Assembly (NCBI GenBank): GCA_965248925.1
Contig: CBDFLE010000005.1
Coordinates: forward strand, 800,001 to 864,000
DNA: 64,000 nt
Source: Candidatus Multivoradales bacterium
Lineage (GTDB): Bacteria; Acidobacteriota; Thermoanaerobaculia; Multivoradales; J023
Direction of reading: 5' to 3'
Both the position numbers and the translations under genes were made by a program. This document shows, piece by piece, positions 58,192 to 64,000 of the stretch (its first letter is position 1; every line of letters begins with the position of its first letter). The notes under the pieces were generated by a model that saw only the letters and a program-made list of their open reading frames with translations, searched no databases and was not told the DNA's origin.

Positions 58192-59196
58192 GTGAGCGCC
58201 GCTGAGGCAGCGAACGAGACCGACCGAGCCACTCGTTGGCGAGTTGCGGAGCACGCTGCCGGTGACCGCCTGGACCGGCACTTGGCGGCCCAAATGGAGA
58301 TCAGCCGCAACCGGGCCCAGCATTGGATCCGCGACCATCGGGTACAGGTTGCCGGCCGACCCACGGACAAGGTCTCAGCCCTGGTCGCGGCCGGTGATGA
58401 AATCGTCGTCGAGCAGCCCCGGCAACCGCCAGCTGCTGGGGTGGAGGCAGAGGAGGGTGAACTCTGCCTGCTGTACCAAGATGCCGACGTTCTGATACTC
58501 GACAAGCCAGCCGGCGTGTTGGTCCACCCCGGAGCCGGCCACCCCAACGCCACTCTGGCCAATTTCCTCTTGCACCGCTATCCAGAAATTGCCGGGGTCG
58601 GCGGCCTCGGTCGGCCGGGCATCGTCCATCGATTGGACAAGGACACCACCGGAGTGTTGGCCATCGCCCGCAACGATCGGTCTTATCAGGCACTGATCGC
58701 CGCTTTTGCCGAACGTCGGGTCGACAAGACCTACCTAGCGATCGTCCATGGCCAGCCGCGCCCTGACCGAGGCACCGTCGACCTGCCGATCGGCCGCCAT
58801 CCCCACGATCGCAAACGAATGACCGTGCGCACCCATGGCCGACCGGCGCGCACCCACTACTCGCTGCGTGCCACCGCCGCCGGCATCAGCCTGCTGGAGC
58901 TAGGTTTGGAGACTGGCCGTACACACCAAATCCGGGTCCACCTCAAGACCCTGGGCAATCCTCTGATCGGCGACCCGACCTACGGCGAAGCACGTTGGCG
59001 CAGCCTGCCAAAGCACCGCCAAGCCCGACTGCGGGACTTCCCCCGTCCCGCCTTGCATGCTTGGAAAATCCGTCTTCCCCACCCCAGCGACGGTGACCCT
59101 TTCGAGACTTGCGCGGCGGTGCCGCCTGACTTACGCCAGCTGTGGACTGGGTTCACCGGCGACCCGTGGCCCCTCAACGAGCCCGGCGAGAACTGA
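58192..59196 (+). CDS. rluD: RluA/RluD family pseudouridine synthase
   Basis: S4 domain RLD, KPAG..VHP, HRLDKDTTG, TGRTHQIRVH, LHA. Confidence 0.92.
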   Translation: MSAAEAANETDRATRWRVAEHAAGDRLDRHLAAQMEISRNRAQHWIRDHRVQVAGRPTDKVSALVAAGDEIVVEQPRQPPAAGVEAEEGELCLLYQDADVLILDKPAGVLVHPGAGHPNATLANFLLHRYPEIAGVGGLGRPGIVHRLDKDTTGVLAIARNDRSYQALIAAFAERRVDKTYLAIVHGQPRPDRGTVDLPIGRHPHDRKRMTVRTHGRPARTHYSLRATAAGISLLELGLETGRTHQIRVHLKTLGNPLIGDPTYGEARWRSLPKHRQARLRDFPRPALHAWKIRLPHPSDGDPFETCAAVPPDLRQLWTGFTGDPWPLNEPGEN

Positions 59197-59288
59197 GTAC
59201 AGCTCCGGAGTCGGCGGCGGGGAGTCCTCTTCTAGGCTATAGAAGCATAAATTCGGCTTGACACCGCGCGTGACCTAATCCGCTCGCC

Positions 59289-60410
59289 CTACGCAACCTT
59301 CAGCAGGTCGCGGAGGTCGGTGTAGGGTCGGTCTTGGGACTCCGCTACCGGTAGGCAGGTCACCTGGCCCGCGTGGGTGTTGACCCCGGCATAGAGTCCA
59401 GGATTCTCATTCACCGCGCGCGCGAAGCCCTTGTTGGCAAGATCTAGAGCATAGGGCAAGGTGGCGTTGGTCAGCGCCTGGGTCGAGGTGCGTGGCACCG
59501 CCCCGGGCATGTTGGCGACGCAGTAATGCAAGATGCCGTCGACTTCGTACACCGGGTTAGAGTGGGTGGTCGGGCGAGTGGTCTCGAAGCAGCCTCCCTG
59601 GTCCACGGCCACATCGACCACCACCGAACCTGGTTTCATCAGCTGGAGCATCTCGCGACTGACCAATTTCGCCGACGCACGGCCGGGGATCAGTACCGCG
59701 CCAATCAACACATCGGCATAGCCCAGTGCTTGCCTCAAAGTCAGGGGATTGCTCGCCAGAGTTTGAATTCCACCGTGGAAGACATCGTCAATGAACCGCA
59801 TGCGTTTGGCGCTGCGCTCCAGGATGGTCACTTGTGCGCCCATTCCATGAGCGATCTTGGCGGCGTTCAGGCCCACGATGCCACCGCCCAACACCACTAC
59901 ATCAGCTGCCGGCACCCCCGGCACTCCAGACATCAGAATGCCACGCCCACCGTGCCGACGCTGCAAGTAGGTGGCGCCGGCAAGCACTGCCATTCGGCCT
60001 GCCACCTCAGACATCGGCGTCAGAACAGGTAGGCCGCCCTCAGCATCGGTGATTGTCTCGTAGGCTATCCCGGTCACTCCGCGCTCGACAAGAATCTCGG
60101 TGAGCAGTGGCAGAGGAGCCAAATGGAGGTAAGTGAACAGCAACTGTCCCCGGCGCATGCGTCGGTATTCAACTTCAATGGGCTCCTTGACCTTGATCAC
60201 CATCTCGGCCGTGGCGTAAATCTGATCCCCATCGCCGAGGATCTTTGCTCCGGCCTCCAGATACTCCGGGTCTTCGAAAGCACTGCCTGCACCGGCCTCG
60301 GTTTCGACGAAAACTTGGTGGCCAACGCCAACCAAAGCGTGCACCCCCGCAGGGGTCATGCCGACCCGGTATTCGTGATCTTTGAGTTCCTTGGGGATGC
60401 CGATCTTCAC
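59289..60410 (-). CDS. ald: Alanine dehydrogenase
   Basis: [39 protein letters not shown]. Confidence 0.98.
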   Translation of the reverse strand: MKIGIPKELKDHEYRVGMTPAGVHALVGVGHQVFVETEAGAGSAFEDPEYLEAGAKILGDGDQIYATAEMVIKVKEPIEVEYRRMRRGQLLFTYLHLAPLPLLTEILVERGVTGIAYETITDAEGGLPVLTPMSEVAGRMAVLAGATYLQRRHGGRGILMSGVPGVPAADVVVLGGGIVGLNAAKIAHGMGAQVTILERSAKRMRFIDDVFHGGIQTLASNPLTLRQALGYADVLIGAVLIPGRASAKLVSREMLQLMKPGSVVVDVAVDQGGCFETTRPTTHSNPVYEVDGILHYCVANMPGAVPRTSTQALTNATLPYALDLANKGFARAVNENPGLYAGVNTHAGQVTCLPVAESQDRPYTDLRDLLKVA

Positions 60411-61003
60411 CGGCCGGACCTGCTGGAGCCGCCAAACGCCTTGCGCTGTCCGCCTACAGTGCTAGCCTTTTCAGAACTCTTGCCCTCGCCCGAGCCTGGC
60501 TTCTTGGCAGCGTCGCCAGCAGTGGCCTGAGCCGCTACTGCTTGCTGTTGCTTCGCCGCATTGGCATGTCTGCTCTTGCTGGCGGTCATTTCGACCTTAC
60601 CTTTGAAGAAGGCACCTTCCTTGATCCTCACTCGCGGCGAGGTCACATCGCCCTCCAAGCTGCCCGAGGCCAATACTTCGACCCGCTCGGTACCAATTAC
60701 ATCGCCATGGACCTTACCGCCGACCTGCACCGTCAGGGCGCGAATCCGTCCTTCGACCCGTCCTTGGGCGCCGACCACGACCTGGCTTTGCAAATCGATC
60801 TCGCCCTCCACAACGCCCTCGATCACCAATTCGGCAGAGCCCGAGATCTGCCCCACCACCTTGGTGCCGCTAGCAATCTGAGTAGCTGCCTGGCGGGTTG
60901 GCTGAGCAGCCTTCTGGGGCCGCTGAGCAGGGGTCACAGCTGGCCGAGAAGGGGCTGGAGTCTTGGGCCGCTCACGGTCTTTTTCACGGTTGAAGATAGA
61001 CAT
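60407..61003 (-). CDS. Bactofilin (polymer-forming cytoskeletal protein)
   Basis: Beta-helix repeats I.G.VEG.I, V.G.V.G, GA.F.G. Confidence 0.92.
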   Translation of the reverse strand: MSIFNREKDRERPKTPAPSRPAVTPAQRPQKAAQPTRQAATQIASGTKVVGQISGSAELVIEGVVEGEIDLQSQVVVGAQGRVEGRIRALTVQVGGKVHGDVIGTERVEVLASGSLEGDVTSPRVRIKEGAFFKGKVEMTASKSRHANAAKQQQAVAAQATAGDAAKKPGSGEGKSSEKASTVGGQRKAFGGSSRSGR

Positions 61004-61188
61004 TTTTCACCTATTCCTCGCAAGATCTCGAACGGACGACGGCCGGGACTCACATGGTCTCCAAGCCAGCAATCCGACATGTTCCCGATGTGGCGACGAT
61101 ACACCCCACTGGCCGGAGGTCGCAACTTTTTAGGCGACAAACGCGCTCCAACGCGGGAGACATCGAGAGGCTGTTTCGGGGGTTGAAA

Positions 61189-61264
61189 TGGAGCGGGCAA
61201 CGGGACTCGAACCCGCGACATCAAGCTTGGGAAGCTTGCACTCTACCAGCTGAGTTATGCCCGC
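61189..61264 (-). tRNA. tRNA-Gly(CCC)
   Basis: GCGGGCA acceptor, TT-CCC-AA loop, encoded CCA. Confidence 0.96.
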
Positions 61265-61277
61265 TCGATAGGTCGGC

Positions 61278-61306
61278 AATTTAGCCCAGACGGAGCAAGT
61301 CGTCAA
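61278..61306 (-). promoter_or_regulatory. Sigma-70 promoter of tRNA-Gly(CCC)
   Basis: Minus strand TTGACG-N17-TAAATT. Confidence 0.65.
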
Positions 61307-61401
61307 GTCATCGTCGCGGCAACCACTCACCGCTGAGAGTCAGGGGTCGAGGAACCGATCCTCGTTGGAGATTGCACCGCCGCCCGCTATACTAGTTCGC
61401 T

Positions 61402-61701
61402 ATGAGGCAGACCGACCAAGAATCTCAACTGGACAACTCGCCAGCAGACGAGGTCGAAGGCCTCTACTTCTTCCCCGACCAAGCTGTCACCGAGTCGCAA
61501 ATGCGGCAAACCCTGCATCGCGGCACCGAGCAAGAACGGGCCTGGGCGGTCTCGCATTTGCTGCGCTATGCCCTGTGGGACGATATTTGGCGCTATGTGA
61601 GCCGTGAGGACGTGCGCGAGATATTTGCCGAACTCGAGCTTCCCGAGAAGCTCCGAGCCGCTTGGGGCAGGATGCTAAAAGTGGAAGCGCCGGTCGCCTA
61701 G
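61402..61701 (+). CDS. Small hypothetical protein
   Basis: 99-aa ORF with protein-like composition, preceded by TATACT -10-like element. Confidence 0.65.
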   Translation: MRQTDQESQLDNSPADEVEGLYFFPDQAVTESQMRQTLHRGTEQERAWAVSHLLRYALWDDIWRYVSREDVREIFAELELPEKLRAAWGRMLKVEAPVA

Positions 61702-61756
61702 ACGAACCTCGATCCACCTAGGCGCCGCCACCAGCTCAACAGGCGGTAGTGCTTTC

Positions 61757-62779
61757 TCAGCTGCCCATCAACACATCGCCGAGCCCGCCGAGTACCGAGC
61801 CTTCGCCGGTGCGCTTTCCTCCGGTCTGTGGCGCGGCGGCAAAGACCTTGCCGGCGAGCCGGCTGAAGGGCAGGGATTGAATCCACACCTTGCCAGGTCC
61901 AGTGAGCGCGGCGTAGAACAGGCCTTCGCCACCAAAGATCTTCGATTTGATGCCCGGCACGCTCTGGATCTCGTAGTTCACTTGCTGCTCGAAAGCCACT
62001 AGGCAACCGGTATCCAAGCGCATCGTTTGACCAACCTCCAAAGTGCGTTCGACCACATGGCCACCGGCGTGGATAAAGGCCAGGCCATCCCCATCGAGCT
62101 TCTGCAAAATGAAGCCTTCGCCGCCGAACAAGCCGGTAAGGATCTTGCGTTGGAAGGCAATACCCACCGAAATACCCTTGGCAGCGCACAAGAAAGCGTC
62201 TTTCTGACACAGGATGCGCCCACCGTGCTGCTTCAAGTCGAGGGGGATGATACGCCCAGGATAGGGGGAGGCGAAGGCTACGTTCTGGCGCACGGAAGCG
62301 GCGTTACCAAAGACCGTCATGAACAGCGATTCGCCGGTCAACACCCGCTTGCCTGCGCCCATCAACATGTTCAGAACGCCACCACCGCTGGCCTTTTCCT
62401 GGGCTGATCCGTCGCCGAAGATGGTCTCCATCTGAATGCCTGGATCCATGAACATGAAGGAACCGGCCTCGGCGATACAAGCCTCCTGCGGGTCCAGGGT
62501 AATTTCGACGAACTGCATCTCCTCGCCGTAGATCTTGTAGTCGATCTCGTGCGCTTCCATCGCCCCGCCCGGCGTTGCCGGCGGCGGCGCGGCAGTGCTA
62601 GCGAGAACGCCGGAGAATTCGGCGCGCGAAGACGCCTTCACCCAATTGTCCATACCTTGGGTGAAAACGTGGGTGTCAGCAGCGAGTTCTCCCGCTTGAA
62701 AGCGTGGCAGCAATTGCTCGAGGCTGTAGGGGCCTTGTTGTTGTCCGCCGAGGGCGTAGTACCAAACCTTATCGCTCAT
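61757..62779 (-). CDS. AIM24/TIGR00266 family protein with N-terminal GYF_2 domain
   Basis: WYY..GGQQ.GP......WVK; MQFVEI.LDP.E..AEAG, GLFGGEGFILQ, FGGEGLF.A.L.GPG.VW.QSLP. Confidence 0.92.
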   Translation of the reverse strand: MSDKVWYYALGGQQQGPYSLEQLLPRFQAGELAADTHVFTQGMDNWVKASSRAEFSGVLASTAAPPPATPGGAMEAHEIDYKIYGEEMQFVEITLDPQEACIAEAGSFMFMDPGIQMETIFGDGSAQEKASGGGVLNMLMGAGKRVLTGESLFMTVFGNAASVRQNVAFASPYPGRIIPLDLKQHGGRILCQKDAFLCAAKGISVGIAFQRKILTGLFGGEGFILQKLDGDGLAFIHAGGHVVERTLEVGQTMRLDTGCLVAFEQQVNYEIQSVPGIKSKIFGGEGLFYAALTGPGKVWIQSLPFSRLAGKVFAAAPQTGGKRTGEGSVLGGLGDVLMGS

Positions 62780-62952
62780 GGAATCAAAGTCCTCCAGTGT
62801 GGATTCGTCGCGCCCTGGCCCAATGTCGAGGACGCCTAGAAGCGGTCGCAGTCTAGCAGCCCCAAGACGCCGGATCAGCCTCGCGAAAGGGCTCATCACC
62901 CAACGCCGCGAGGCCATCCGGCCGTACCGAGGATGGTAGGCTGCCGGCCGCT

Positions 62953-64000
62953 ATGGATGCTACCTTGCCCCCTCCCACGGAAGAACTGATCGAGAGCCAC
63001 CTCGGTCTGCTGCAAGAGCTGACCGCTGTCTCCTCCCCCACCGGCGACAGAGCAGGCCTGCTACGCTGCTGTGAGCTGCTCTCCACCGCCTTGGCCGCCC
63101 AAGGCATGCAGGTCAGCTTGGAAGATCAGGAAGACGGCGCCGGCAACCTCATGCCGGTGTTGCACGCTACCCACCCGGCACTGGCAGAGGGCAGCTGTCT
63201 GCTGCTGGTAGGCCACCTCGACACGGTGCAAGCGGCGCTTCCACCACGCCGCAGCGAGCGGCGCCTGTGGGCTACCGGCGCCATCGACATGAAAGGAGGA
63301 TTGGTTGCCCTGGTCGGCGCCCTCGCCATGTTGCGCGCCGAGGGGAGCAAACTACCCCGCGATCTGCGGCTGCTGGTGCTCCCCGACGAAGAGACCGCCG
63401 GGCCGATCTGCCAACGGCTGATGGGCCGCTGGACCGCCACCGCTCGGGCCCTGTGGATTCTTGAGCCGGGCTTGCGAGATGCCCGCCAAGAGGCTGGCGA
63501 ACGAGCCACCGAGACCCTGGTGATCGGCCGTCGCGGCTTATTTCACTGGCATCTCCAGGCGGCTGGCAAGGCCGCCCATGCCGGCAATGACTTCTGGAGC
63601 GGGCGCTCTGCCGTAGAGGCGGCCAGCGAATGGACTGTCGCGGCCAGCGCCTTTTCGCGGCCTGGCGGCGGGCCGATCGTCAACCCGGCCCGACTGGTCG
63701 CTGGCGAAGCCGACTTTGTAGACCATCTCAGCCATCGCGCCGCCTTGCTCGGTACCGTCCGGAGCAGCAATGTGGTGCCTGACCGGGCGCGAATCGACGG
63801 CGAAGCGCGCTTCAGCGGTCTTCGCGACGGTGAAGAGTTGCTGCGCCAGCTGCAGCAGCTAACCGGCGAGATCAGCACCCGACGAGGGGTCGCGCTCGAC
63901 TTCTCGCACTCACCCCTGGTCAAGCCCCTGGTACCGTCGGCGGCCAGTCGGCAACTGGCACAGCGAGCCTGCGCCTTGGGCTATCGCCGTGGCCTGCAGC
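62953..64000 (+). CDS. M20 family metallopeptidase (3'-truncated by window)
   Basis: Own translation: GHLDTV, G..DMKGG, PDEE, G.AAHAG, NVVPD. Confidence 0.9.
   Translation, partial: MDATLPPPTEELIESHLGLLQELTAVSSPTGDRAGLLRCCELLSTALAAQGMQVSLEDQEDGAGNLMPVLHATHPALAEGSCLLLVGHLDTVQAALPPRRSERRLWATGAIDMKGGLVALVGALAMLRAEGSKLPRDLRLLVLPDEETAGPICQRLMGRWTATARALWILEPGLRDARQEAGERATETLVIGRRGLFHWHLQAAGKAAHAGNDFWSGRSAVEAASEWTVAASAFSRPGGGPIVNPARLVAGEADFVDHLSHRAALLGTVRSSNVVPDRARIDGEARFSGLRDGEELLRQLQQLTGEISTRRGVALDFSHSPLVKPLVPSAASRQLAQRACALGYRRGLQ

Overview
High-GC bacterial chromosome segment; gene content (fused LptF-LptG, multi-domain LptC/LptA, a TPR-like family, C-terminal 'F.xGFE.G' motifs) suggests Acidobacteriota, possibly Thermoanaerobaculia (inference). 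1-22 kb is a + strand housekeeping block (priA, accA, recJ, lpt genes, rpoN-hpf-ptsN-hprK-rapZ-EIIA-HPr-EI, miaB). It ends in an atypical parAB pair bracketed by a perfect 18-bp parS-like palindrome upstream and a good XerCD dif site 48 bp downstream, the leading candidate for an undescribed system (a terminus-linked ParABS of non-canonical specificity). 22-37 kb holds mixed genes, including metK, a peptide-utilisation operon and a gene preceded by a ~150-nt pseudoknotted RNA candidate. 37.7-48.5 kb is a decaying integrative island in tRNA-Leu(TAA): tyrosine integrase, PLA2-like secreted protein plus lipoprotein, frameshifted excisionase, IS1182-like and IS3 elements, TPR-like protein and an IS-split metalloprotease, with a remnant of an older sister island on its left. 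48.5-64 kb is housekeeping (selA, tRNAs, cysS, def, thiE, acpS, lspA, rluD-like, ald, bactofilin). No CRISPR array or rRNA was seen. All calls were made by eye; no database searches were run.
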